This document shows positions 39,101 through 51,315 of a DNA stretch of 64,000 nt, piece by piece. Below the pieces are notes generated by a model. That model ran no database searches. It worked only from the letters and a program-made list of their open reading frames with translations, and was not told where the DNA came from. How positions within the stretch are numbered: the first letter of the stretch is position 1; every line of letters starts with the position of its first letter. The stretch is from Psilocybe cubensis (Eukaryota): positions 1,488,001 through 1,552,000 of the forward strand of contig CM038999.1 of NCBI GenBank assembly GCA_017499595.2, in the 5' to 3' direction. A program made the translations under genes and the position numbers.

Positions 39101-39272
39101 CCGTTTCTTTCGCTGGAATGGACCATGGAGGTTGTTGCACGGACATTGTGGATAGTGTTCGAATCTTCTGACCGCTGAAAAAAAAAACGTTATTCACCGA
39201 TAGATGCTTGGCTGGTGGTAGTTTACAATGAACGCTGGCAAAGGCTCTAATCATTAAAAGGATAATCTTCAT
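36151..39272 (-). CDS. CRS1: Cysteinyl-tRNA synthetase (start at 39146, with in-frame upstream ATGs at 39254 and 39272)
   Basis: [27 protein letters not shown] (HIGH motif), [48 protein letters not shown] (KMSKS), LCDKLRD. Multi-exon. Confidence 0.96.
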
Positions 39273-39316
39273 TTTGCAGTCGGAGTCATTTCAATTTGCT
39301 CAACGTGTCATGAGAA

Positions 39317-39326
39317 GTCACGTGAC
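39317..39326. promoter_or_regulatory. Palindromic E-box (Cbf1-type GTCACGTGAC) in the CysRS promoter
   Basis: Perfect 10-bp palindrome GTCACGTGAC 45 bp upstream of the first CysRS ATG. Confidence 0.5.
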
Positions 39327-40470
39327 ATGACGTTTATATTTTACCACCTTTTGGACTACGGCACAGAAGCGGCATGCCAGCCAAAAAGGCCTGAGACAGA
39401 TTGAAAAACTTATCTACTATATACTGTCGACAATGTTTGATAGATTAAGTCTGTCAACTACATTAATCTTCGTCAACTGTTTTCTCTCTATTTGTGCATA
39501 CCGCAGGCTAGTCAAACTTGCGTGACCCTGTGGACCCATAAGCGCCCATGATTGACCCTACATACTAATTGTTGTTAAGATTACGTTCAAGGAAAATGAA
39601 CTTTGACTCGGGAATATTGAAAATCGTGAGCTGTACTAAAGTAATCATGTTACTAAGTTACTTCAATACAGTTCCTTGAACTTGTCATGGGTACCTCAGT
39701 AATCGATGCACACGAATCTCCTGTTCACATTTTTTGTTGTTTGTCACTAGATTGATTTTCGGTGATGCATCATCAAATTTTAATTATTACAATTTTAACT
39801 GAACCTCTTGTAGTGATCACAAGCATTTTCTTCCAGGCGATTTCCATTATAGAAATTCACATGGATGAGAAAATTTGATCGCCCACTGATCCCTCTGTGA
39901 TGCTTCTATATTGTTCACACGTACAATTGTTCTTATACTGTCATATGTTGATCCTTCATTAAAGATCAATACTTGACAGCCACCCATTGAGAAAGCCTTC
40001 CTGTTTCTGGAGCATGTTTAGGCTTCTGGGCTCTTCCCGTCCTAGGATATGTTTCAGAGGAGTGATCTATCCACTTATCACCAGTGCACAGCATGGACAT
40101 CATTGTCATAAGGTGGTCCAGCTTTCACTGTTAATTGTATATATTAAAAGTATGTCTTCTGCTGAACTGCGCAACTCAATACCCCACTGTCATTTAAATG
40201 GGCAAATTGTGGAATAGTTTGACTGGCTATGGCACAATATCGGAGACAAGCACGCAGACTGTTAAGGGTGGTTATCAATAACCTGCCTTCAGCTAAGTCA
40301 CTACTATGCATGGTATATGAACCTAGGAAATGCCCTCGATGAGCTCAAGATTCTTTATCGGCGAGCGTGAATGGGGCAGTATAGCTATTTAATTTGATAT
40401 CTATACAATATGCAAGGCTTGAGCTCATGAGATTTTCTTTCACATATCTACATCAGCAAAAGTGCTCGGA

Positions 40471-41722
40471 TCCCCAAATGCCTTGTCAAGGCATTTGGAG
40501 GCGTCCAAAGGCCCCAATGCCCGAAAGGCATTGTGCGGTTCGTAACGAGAGACTCCGAAGACTGAAAGGCTTCGAATTATTTATTCCAAGGAAATGATTT
40601 AGGTAGTACTAAATATAGCCAAATCATTTGGTTAAAATTTGAGAGTGTCCGTAACATTTAGGCAACATTTGGGAGTCCCAAAAACATTTGGCAAACATTT
40701 GCCAGTGTTTAAATGTTTTACACTGTTCACATGGTTCCTTATTTAGTGGATCCCTCAGATTATCATAGCAAGTAAAAAGAACTTGTTGCATTAAGAAAAC
40801 TTATACTACAACATGACTCCAAAAGGTACAGAGAAGCGAGAAAGTGGGTAAATAACAAAATGATGCTGAGATGATGTCATCAATAGATGTTACCCATGAA
40901 TTATAGGAGCTACTTTGGTTGCATGATGTAAGCAAGGTGTGTGTGCAGAAGTGCGCATATACTCACCTAAAAGTTTGGGAACTAGTGAATAATTATATAC
41001 CAAGCCGGATATCCAGTAGATCTAAGGCAGAAGGAGAACGGTCTACGGAAAGGCAGATACATGGTCAGTTGAGGATGATCTAATCAGAAAGGAAGTGGCA
41101 GAATTACCTGTGAGTTAGATTCAGCTATGATATACGAAGACTTAGAGTTGAAAAGTCCAAGCCCAAGTCCCACCAAGCGTCGCCGGAGTAGTGAACATGA
41201 GAGTATGTGGAAAGAAAGAAACGGGGGTTGAAAGAGATTATTATGCACAAACAAACAAATATTTGATCTCCGATTCACTCCGATTCATGCTGATCGCATT
41301 GTGACTTCGTTGACAGTCGAGAAATTGTACAGACCGGGTGACCAACTGTACAGAATTCTAATTAGAACTAATGTGGCTGTATAGCCAGTAAATTTTGGTG
41401 TGGATGAATTATTTCATCAGCATTTGAAAGTCCTGTAAACATTTCTCATAACCGAAGTGTAAAACCAAATGTTTTGTGACCTCTTTTAATTTTGTTAAAT
41501 GATTCCTTCAAGGTTGCACAGTCTACGAATTTTTTTTTGTAAATTGTAGTTACTAGAAATTATTTGGTGCTTGTTTTGTGCTTCAAAAATGTTTGTGGGG
41601 CCTCCAAATGACCACCAAATGATTTGAGTGTTCCCAAATGTTGCCCAAATGTTTTGCGTGACATTACTGTGTCACGTAAAACATTGGCATGCCTTATAAG
41701 GCTCCCAAGGCATTTGGGGGTC
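40471..41722. mobile_element. Degenerate foldback / MITE-like DNA transposon relic
   Basis: Arrays of AACATTTG(G) at 40620-40725 are mirrored by CCAAATG(TT) arrays at 41455-41720. CCCCAAATGCCTTG (~40472) is the reverse complement of CAAGGCATTTGGGG (~41707). Internal hairpins present; no transposase ORF. Confidence 0.55.
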
Positions 41723-42333
41723 TGGTCACTTTTGCTGATGTAGCAGTCTTCCCTCTTTACGCTAGTTACGCGCCATTGTGACCACATTGTTATACAGTTT
41801 TCCTGATTCACAAACAACAAAGTATCTTGGCTGGTTAGTGTTACTTCTTAATGTAAAGTAATTTAAATGACAATTCGGCGCCCCATTTTGCCCGGGACCT
41901 TTCTGATATCAAAAAGCACACCCAACCTGCTATGTTCTACATCACGTTATAAATAGACCACTTCGGAAGATCTGGTTCGAAACAATAATTGATTTCATGC
42001 ACCATCTAACATCTATCTGGTATTTCGAAATCAGAAGATTTCCTTTGGTCTATAGAATACTCCGAATCCGTGGAAAAAAAAGACATGGGAGGCGACTCGG
42101 ATCTCTCAATGCGATGATTTAGATAGCGTCTATGATTTTCACTGGAGATCACGCTGTGTTGTCCGCATTTTACTCTCTGACTTATAATAGCAAATAGCAA
42201 TGAGTAACATGATCTAGCGATCACCGTATTTATTCAATCGGCAGTCATACTCAGCGCGATTCTTCGGCCGTATATAAAGAGATTCTCACCTTCTTCATCA
42301 GTTGTCGATTTACTCCCCTCCTCTCCCAATACC

Positions 42334-43481
42334 ATGCAACCTCCTACCTGTGTAGGCATTCGCGTTAGGTCACCTCTTGATGCTATAACTATAATCCATG
42401 CTGTTCACCTAGGGATACTCCCACTAGTGCACCGCCGGCTTGACACCGACGAACGTCGAGCCATACAGTCTGGCAGTGTATATGTATGGGAGGAGCGAGG
42501 CCCTAATGCAGAGGCAACAGGAGTAATAAAGTCTTTCATTGCTTCACTGTGCACTTAGCGCTGATCAATGTCGCAGTTAGGGATTGAAAGGTGGACAGAT
42601 TCGATTTCATGGGGTCCAAGTCGAGTCAGGGATGTAAGTAAAATTGGAATTTTTCCTTTGCATAGCATGATACACTTGCTTAAAAAAGATATGATAGGAG
42701 TTCCTTTTCTATCATGAGAGAAAACCCGCGCAACCCGAGCCTGATAATAGCACAGACTCGAGTGATACAAAGTATGTCATTTATCCAACTGAAAATTATT
42801 AAAATGGTAGTAATTTTGCTTTACAGTTTCCAACCCAGATACTACTACAGAAAGCCCCTAGTAAAGCAAACGTATTCCGTGTTCGTAAGGACTCACACCG
42901 GGAGGAGAAAGTGGCATCTAAGTAAGCTGGCAAAACCATAATCCCTATTCTTCGTGGACTGATGTCAAATCTATTTTTATCGCGATCATAGTTGCGTACT
43001 TCACGCAAGATACAGTGGATCAGCTTCGCAGCATTGAAGACCACCCGCAACTGAGAGGACTCAATGTTCCTGACGGACTATATGTTTGCGCCCGTAGTGC
43101 CAAAGGCCGCCCTCGCCACTCTTCGTCAGGTTCTATCGGAAACTATCCAATACCCACAGATCCAATACTTGTGAGCTACTGCTTCACTCGTTTATTATTG
43201 AAGAGAAGCTCATTCTTGCATCAAAGACTTATCCTGCTTTGTACCCACCCAGAGTCCCGCTTAGGGCAATCAATCCCACTGAACGTCTGGCTCCGTTGGC
43301 CTATTTGAAGAGGGTGCCCCCACCACGCCGCCACGCGGTGGATCAAATGGCTCTTATGTCTTTCTCCGGATTGCTGACATCGGATGAAAGCATTCGTAAA
43401 ATAGATATCGACTCAGAGGATTACTATCCTTGGCGCAAATACGAGTCGGATTCCGACTTTCGAGTACCATTTCGTCGTTGA
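42334..43481 (+). CDS. Gti1/Pac2 (WOPR) family transcription factor, paralog 1
   Basis: MQPPTCVGIRVRSPLDA...RRLDTDERRAIQSGSVYVWEER...LGIERWTDSISWGPSRVRD/EFLFY...LVKQTYSV...RKWHL/xAYF. Confidence 0.9.
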
Positions 43482-45113
43482 AAAATAAGCGCTGGCGACG
43501 TTCCAGCTACGGTCTCGGAAAACTCGTGCTGAGAAATCCGTTAAAGGAACGATCAGTAAATCCCCATAGATAAGAATCTCCTAGCACATAACTTCGCTTC
43601 AGTGCACGATGTATTGCAACACACTTGACACTTCTTCGATGCTATCCTTATCATTGTAACATCATTGTACTTTTATTGCCTCGTTTTATCCTTGTAGCAT
43701 GTCGTTATAAATTATGTAACCTATCCAGTTTTGATTTGGTGTATGTAGGTTGATATAGTTCAATTGCATTCAAACAAACATAAGTTCGCATGAAGGTTAA
43801 AAAGATAGATTAGAACGTTTGAGGGTGGTGGTCCCGATAGTAACGCAACTTGGACACTTAAAGGGTCTGTCCAGGTCAAGGCTCCCAGCTAGCACATTTA
43901 AGGGCATCATAGCGTGACCGGCGCAAGCCGTGGTCAATGGGAGTGATGGACGCGTATCCTGTTGTAAAGCAAGGGAATACTTGATTCTATGTTCGTTTGC
44001 AGATATCGCATGTTGAGCTTCGTGGTTGAGCTTCGTGGAGAGAAAGGAAGTGAGCTCACGAACATTACTCGCCAAGAAGGAGGTGCCTGATATATGCGAA
44101 CTGCGGCCGCCAATGTGTTCTTGTCATTGACCTAAGATTAACGTTCTTTATAGAAAGACGGCGTTTAAGATAAACATACAAATGTTGTCATCTTGGAACT
44201 ACACAGTGGTTCTGAGCGATGGGCGCACAGTAGATGTGATAAGGTGAATTGACAAAAGAGCGTCTGCGTACATCGCCAATTGCTTTTGCATGCGTGGCCA
44301 CGAATCGTTACATAGGAATACAGTCGATGATGTTTCCAAATACCTGAGGATATGGACCACCGACGAAATGAGGGACATGAGAAAGCAAGAATCACAAGCA
44401 CCAAAATGTTATACCTGCCTGTCGATTTGACCCGATTCAGACTGATTCAGAACGGAAGGGACCTCGCCCGTGGGTCTGTGACGTATTGAAAAGGCCGACA
44501 GTCAAGGGCACGTAAGTTGATGCCTGCGGCAGCAAAATAGCGATAGCCTGAGATCTCACTTAATAGTGAGATTACAGAAGGCCAGTTTCGCAGTGTTCCT
44601 GTGAAACCAGAGACAAATCCGTAGCCGTGTGAGTGCGTAGGACAATTGAGGACCAGCGAATAAACAGAAAAAACGGGGTTCGATAAATCGAAGCGATTGT
44701 CGTAAGTGTATTGGTCGTGAACATGTTTGCGACAGTATGTTGCCGCTTCCTGGCCGTAGAACCATGAATAGGTTCACTGTCAAAAGCCACGGCGTTCTCA
44801 CCAGCGGTCGACATTGCGAAAAAATGAGAAATAAACGAAACAAGGAAGGAAGGAGAAGTGGGGATATGTGAAAGATGGCAGAGGTTGTCCGGGGGTAAGT
44901 CTTGTGAATCTGTTATCTGCTGAATTTGAGTAGTTAGAGTAATTAGGGTTTTGAATCTCGATGAGAAAACAAAGATCCAAAAATGGGCCGATCAGATGAG
45001 CAGTGCTTCTGCTCTTCGTCAAATGAATTTGTTGCCAATCATATTCATAAGGAGGACTAGCATTTCTCACTCACCTTATATTCTTCTTTCTCTTTCCCCC
45101 CACTTACCTCCGA

Positions 45114-46755
45114 ATGCAGCAGCCGACATGCACCAATGTTCGTATTCGCTCAACAGCCGATGCTCATAAGATATTTGCTGCTGTTCAACAAGGAATCCTC
45201 CATATGGTCACCAGACGCTTGGATGCAGATGAACGAATTGCACTGCGGTCTGGATGCGTTTATGCTTGGGAGGAACGCGGACCACATAGTGAACTCACTG
45301 GACTAGGCATCGAGCGGTTCACTGAAGGTCGGAGGTGGTCTCCTTCTCGTGTGCGAGATGTATGTCCATCAACGTTCTATTGTTTGGCCCCCTAATCATT
45401 ATTATGTGTACAGGAGTTCCTCTTCTACTATGAGAAGTACTCTCCTCCTGCGGAAGCTAATCAAATAGGGTTCGTCTGTTTGTGCGTAGTGCTGACACTC
45501 AAACTAAACTGCGAAATCCTGTCGCGGTAGTAACGCCTCGGACCGTATGCCTCCTCGCGATTGGGACCCTTTAGTAAAGCAGACATACTCTGTATGGGTG
45601 GAGACAGAGAAGGGAAAAAGGAAATGGCACCTTAGTGAGTATACCATTTTAGAGAATTAGAAACAACGTTGACAACGTATCTTCCACCTAGCTGCCTATT
45701 TCACGCAAGCGACCATAGATCAACTAGGCACTATCGATGAGAACCCTCTAGTTCGGGATCTCCCCGTTCCTGATGGCATGTTTAAGAGTACCAGGGTTGG
45801 AAAGAGTCGAAACAAAACCGACGATGGTAGCCGTACGGATGCTGCTAGGGCAGCGACAACCATTCCACGAACATACGCACCTTTCCCAACGCCTTACCAG
45901 TATCAAGCACAGAATGGTTCTCCGAGTATGACTCCAGTTCTGATGCATGAACCATACCGAACTACTCGTGTCGAGGAACCGTCTCCTGTGCTTGAACCAT
46001 CACCGTCTCCGGATTCATTCCAGGACCAGGGGAATTATGGGTTACACCAGAGGTCATACTCTTCGCTTAATAACCCTCCTGCCTCTACGTCTACTCCTCC
46101 ATCTTATGCAAATCGAGTTTATTCCCCAGTTCCCTTAGCCGTATCTCAACCAATTGATCCGCATAGTCACCTACCGATCTATCCAGCTCCCGGTGTTCGT
46201 GTTGTAGATCGGCAATCGCGTACTATGCCAGTGAGCTCACCTTCATGGGACGAGGGGAATACTTCATACTACCCGAGATCTAGATACCCGGATGACCAAA
46301 GACATGAAATAGCCTCCCAGTATCCTATGTCTTCACCAGCGTCGTACATGACTTCAGTTGATTACCAATCCAATTTGGTTACCTCTCCTCAGACATACAT
46401 GCCTCCGGGAACATCACTGCCTCAGTTATCTACAAGCCTAGGGAACAACATGTATTCGCCCTCAATGTCCAGCTCATTGCATTCAGCTCTTATTCTGCCG
46501 ACCCAAAATAACGATGCCAATGAGTCGTATACTTTATCACCCCTTCAGATACCTGGCAGGCTACATGCTAATGTTTATTCTCCCTCACGATCTTTGGAAA
46601 TGCAAGTTCACAGCGAGGATACACCGTCAGAGGACATCGACCATGAAGGGTCGCTGGCTCCTTTGGATGTGCTTAGGAGGCCAAGCAGATTCCGCAGAGA
46701 CCCAATGGACGAAAAGACATTGAGGTTACTTCGTGAAAAACGATCGAGTTCTTGA
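45114..46755 (+). CDS. Gti1/Pac2 (WOPR) family transcription factor, paralog 2
   Basis: MQQPTCTNVRIRSTADA...RRLDADERIALRSGCVYAWEER...LGIERFTEGRRWSPSRVRD/EFLFY...LVKQTYSVW...RKWHL/xAYF, then a long Ser/Pro/Tyr-rich tail. Confidence 0.92.
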
Positions 46756-46985
46756 TACTTTAACCGGCCTGATTCCACCGAATTCTTTCTTGTGCGATAT
46801 ATCAGTATATTAATACTGTCAAGATATCCTTTTCTCCATTGAGGCTTTCGTTTTATTTATGTCTGCTCAGTCTGTACATTAGCAATAGCATAGCCAAGGA
46901 TGAACTTTGACATAATCCCCATAGGACACAGGCTTGTATGTAATATAGATAGTTGTAGAAGCTCGTCGTCGGGTACAACAAAAAG

Positions 46986-47059
46986 TGATTCGACCCAGGC
47001 TCGAACTGAGGACCTTCTGTGTGTTAGACAGATGCGATAACCAACTACGCCATCGAACC
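46986..47059 (-). tRNA. tRNA-Val (anticodon AAC), intronless
   Basis: GGTTCGA TGGCGTAGTTGGTTATCGC A TCTGT CT-AAC-AC ACAGA AGGTC CTCAG TTCGAGC CTGGG TCGAATC A folds into a full cloverleaf with A and B boxes. A T-run Pol III terminator follows immediately. Confidence 0.97.
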
Positions 47060-47282
47060 GTTACAGACAAGTATATATTGTAAATTGTCAAATAGCTGGA
47101 AGTAGGGTCCGTGCGTGAGATAATTGTGAGTCATTCTATGTCGTCGGAGTTTGAAACTTCCTGGGTTTGTTCGGATTTGCATGTGGTATAAAAGGGAAGC
47201 CCTCTTGCCTTTCCCCCACGTCGCACGTCGGACTCCCCAGCGGCTGTAGTCAATTCAACCAACGTTGCCACAACGTCCGACC

Positions 47283-48455
47283 ATGTCGAATAAGATAGTG
47301 GTGAGCTGCTCACCAATACCTTGTGTGTAGTATCGCAATTGGTTTTAACACCAATGTTTTCCTTGAGCCTACTATCTATCGAGCTGTGATAGACGATGTT
47401 ATCCGTGCCATTAAGCCCGAATTCGACGAATATGGTGTTTCTGAGGATGTCCTAGCTCAACTGCAGCGTGTAAGTTTGACTTTCTAACAACCTCATTTAT
47501 CTTCAAGCTCTGAATATCAGCCTTGATGAATTCTACCATATCATCCTATAGAAATGGGAGGACAAAGTTATCGCATCCCACGTAGCAGAATTTGAAACAC
47601 CTGCGCCACCCCCATCTGCCCCATCGGCTACCCATCCTGCGATAGTTGCTGCAGCGGCCGCTCAGCAGCAACCACAAATACATCACGTATATCCGACACA
47701 TCCCCTTATGATTCCACACTACGGCCAGCAACACAACCCTTACGCCCCCATAGCTACCCCACAACCGACAGTGAAAGCTGAACCTGTTGATAATAGATAT
47801 GTGTTAAACCCGCCTCCGTACACTTTACCCCCTCTTCCGGGTCCCAATATTGCAACCAGGCACTTACCTGCCCCAGCGACAGTGTCCCCTAATCCAGGTG
47901 GACAAACGGGTGTAATCAATTTCCCTCGAAATGGACAAACTCAATCAAGCGTATCGCGACCATATGCTATCCCTGCTCAGACGTCTACGACACAGACCCC
48001 AAGGTTACCGCAAGTCGATGGTCCATCTGAGTCATCTGGTGACGAGGATTCGTCTTCTCCTCCTCCTGGACAATTTGCTCCAAGAACCTCTCACCCTTCT
48101 TTGCCTCAGCCTCCAGCCCCTTCTGGACCTTCGAATCAAGATTCCGAGGCCATCAACAGTGACCTCGATGATTCAGATACAGAAAATGAAGACGAAGACG
48201 AAGATGGTGGCGCAGGGGAAACCGACATAGTTTTTTGCACTTACGATAAAGTAAATGATTCTAAATTGTTTTCAACACCTGGCTAATTTTTGAACAGGTT
48301 GCCCGCGTCAAGAATAAGTGGAAGTGTGTATTAAAAGACGGTATGATCCATATCAATGGCAAAGATTATCTTTTTGCCAAATGTACAGGGTACGATTCTT
48401 TGAATTTTTTTTTAGTTGTCATCTCTCATATCTCAGCAGAGAGTTTGAGTGGTAA
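47283..48455 (+). CDS. TOA1: Transcription factor IIA large (alpha/beta) subunit
   Basis: MSNKIV/PTIYRAVIDDVI...GVSEDVLAQLQR/KWEDK, QVDG, INSDLDDSD and IVFCTYDK/VARVKNKWKCVLKDGMIHINGKDYLFAKCTG/EFEW. Confidence 0.95.
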
Positions 48456-48928
48456 CCGGTAATCACTTATCGCCCTCCCGACGAACTACAGTCGCCTTTT
48501 ATGAATGTATTAATATATTTCACGCTTTCCCTCCCTCAGTTTATCTCCCCCTCTTCTTGTCGTGTTGGAAACATTTCCCCCCTTTTTGTCCTTGCATGTC
48601 GTTAACTTTACTTGCACCGCTGCACATTACATCTATCTCCATCAACCACAGTCTACTTGTCGTGATTGGCGTAATTTACGCCCATCCAATAAAAGCTTTT
48701 TGAGTACCACAATTCTATATTAGAATCTTTATATATGCGTGTTCTTCCATCATGACGATGTGTGCCATGTACATACACCAGCTCCACTTGAAGTCGATCC
48801 CCACTCACATCACACCACACAGGACCTTGCGAGAATGACATAGTGTGGATCCTCAAGGCCTCAATCTCTGGTATAAAGTACCTTGTTTTGTAGTCTCGTG
48901 TCCATTGTTTCCAACCTTGTTGCCTTAC

Positions 48929-49458
48929 ATGCCTCTGTTTAAGTCAAACTCAACCGCCTCTTCTTCCGGTAGCGATCAGCGATCCAGCACCTCACCATCG
49001 AGGAAGAAGAGTATTTTCTCATCCAACCGTAATTCGACACCACCGCATTCTACGAACAATTCTGGGTCGGGATTTTTTTCCCATAGACGATCAAGCTCCT
49101 CTAGTACAGACCGTCACAACGGAGGAAAGGGAAATAGTTTTCTTGGAATGGGTCGAAACAATCGTTTAGACGACGATCCATCTATCCAGGGTGCCAGGGA
49201 AAAAGTTTCCGCGGCTGAAGATGCAGAAAAGGAGGCAGACAGGGCATTGATTGAAGCTCGACAACGCGTCAAACTTGCCCGTGAACACGTTCAGATGCTT
49301 GAGCGCGAGGCACTCGAAGAGTAAGTTGCATACATCATACATGCACAGAATACATTGTTGACTGGACCACTTGCAGGGCAAAGCGTGCCAAAGCTAAACA
49401 AGCTCAGGCAAAGATCGTCAGCAAAAGTGCAAAAGGATTGGGGCGCCATGGAATGTAG
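48929..49458 (+). CDS. Small fungal hypothetical protein (Ser-rich N-terminus, coiled-coil C-terminus)
   Basis: MPLFKSNS...DDDPSIQGAREKVSAAEDAEKEADRALIEARQRVKLAREHVQMLEREALEE/AKRAKAKQAQA...KGLGRHGM. One intron at ~49321-49376. Confidence 0.75.
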
Positions 49459-49682
49459 ACTACAAATCTCAATCCATTGTAATCCGTCTAGCATTGGAAC
49501 CTTGCCCTTCCTATGTCGATTGTCTTGGCTTTAACTTTCTCGGTTGTTGTGAACGGACACGTAGTGTAATGTACGAACATATGTGTAAAATGGCTTTCAT
49601 GTTCTTCCAGATGAGAAGGGTGATAATACATTGATAAGATTGAGATAGTATTTGGATCAATGATTATTGACACCAATACATC

Positions 49683-51315
49683 CTAGAAATAGGAGCCCGC
49701 CCCTGCATAGTTTCCTGTAGACTTGGGCAATTCTGCTTCGGGTGAACGTTCTCGTCCGTCCTGGAGGTCATGATCTAACGTTTGAAGTTGCTCCGTTTGT
49801 CGACACGCATGTTCCAGAGATCCAGGACCAAAGGCCGGAATTGGGGGCGTAAATGGCTTCGACGGCAAAGCAATTCTTCCACCAGGAATGCGAGACTGCA
49901 GATCCTTCTGCGTTGGAACAGGCTGGAAATGAAGCTTAACCGCCACAATGGCATTGTGAATATACAGTGTGAGTGGAAAAAATCACAGAGGAAGCTGCTC
50001 ACAGTATCGTTCATTTTCTTGTAATACTTGAAAAACACGTTAACATTCGTTAATTCGTTGTTAATGTCGCTTTTCCGTAGTTCCTCTTTCTCCTTCTCTC
50101 CGTTTCCGAGCGACACGAGCCTGCCTCCGTCTTTGATGTCCTCCAATTCCTTTTTGGCCCACTGCAGGAAGGCTACGGCTTCACCTCCTCTATCGGTACC
50201 GCCTTTTTCCCCTGCATCCACACCGAGCCATTTATGCGATAGCGCACTATGGAGAGACGCTTGATTACTTAAATAACGACGCAAATCCGACGCAACGTCC
50301 TTAACTGAATGCCCGGAAGATGCATTCTTGCTAGCCCCCGGTGTCTTGGCCAAAAGACGCGCGGAAGAGTATAAAGAGGTGCATTCAATGTGTAACTTCG
50401 CGAGGAGCGCAGGTGGCGGGTGGGATTTAGGTAAAGGGGGACCTGGTGCGACGTTGCTGTCGTAGGCTGATTTCGACAGCAATCGTCTGATAGCCAGGGT
50501 TTGGGCGTCTGCGAGTGACATCCTGATTTTTAGATTGAGTAATGCTCTAACTTCATGAGACAAAATTTGACCGACTTCGATAAAGCACTGATGACTTCAC
50601 GACTGAGGTCGGGGGGCCTATGGAATCCAGGAGGGCTGCCGCGAGAAGACTCCCATTCCGGCAGAACGCTGTCACTAATAAAAGTGAACACACCACTTGC
50701 CCTGCATATAAAATCGACGGCAACGTTGAGCTTGTCTTCCTTTGACTTTCTTTCCAAGTCTGATATGGCACGATCGAGTTCATATAGCCCCACCGAAGCC
50801 ACGATCGAATGTGCCAGATTAGAAAGAGCAAAGGCATAGGTCAGCAGAGTGAACGAGTAGTCTGCGTACAATCCGGGAAAGTCGAGCTTGGGTGCATTGA
50901 ACAGGTTTGCTGAGAGTGTCGTTCGCCAACCAAATTCTACATTCATCTAGTGAATCAGTTTTCGAACAGATAGATATGCGCGGCAATAAATCATACTGGG
51001 TTCATTCTTCAATCCAATATCGTCATGAGCGACACATTCAATCAACGCTCGGATATAGGGTAGATATTCTTCAATTGCCTAAAGATTTGTTGTCATAATA
51101 TCCATACATGAAGCAGAAAGATCTACCTTCACGAGACCTAAGAAGTCCTTTTCGTCATGATCGGACCGTTTGCATTCTTTCAATGCTCCTCGCAAGTTGG
51201 CCCTAGCTTGGGTTGCTTCCGGTATGAGATGGGTATAGATTCTGTCCCTGCTGTGGTCAACGCAAAAATCTGAAAATGCTACAGCGCTGGTGGTTGGTAG
51301 TTGGTATAAATACAT
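49683..51315 (-). CDS. palC: pH-response regulator PalC / Rim23 (BRO1-like)
   Basis: MYLYQLPTTSAVAFS, RANLRGALK, EFGWRTTLS, LAKLHI, KWLGVDA, GEAVAFLQWA, YYKKMNDT and an aromatic C-terminus AGAGSYF. Confidence 0.88.

Noticed and set aside
40620-40725. Short spaced repeats as a CRISPR-like array
   Set aside because: Eukaryotic context, 8-9-nt degenerate units, irregular tiny spacers and no cas genes.
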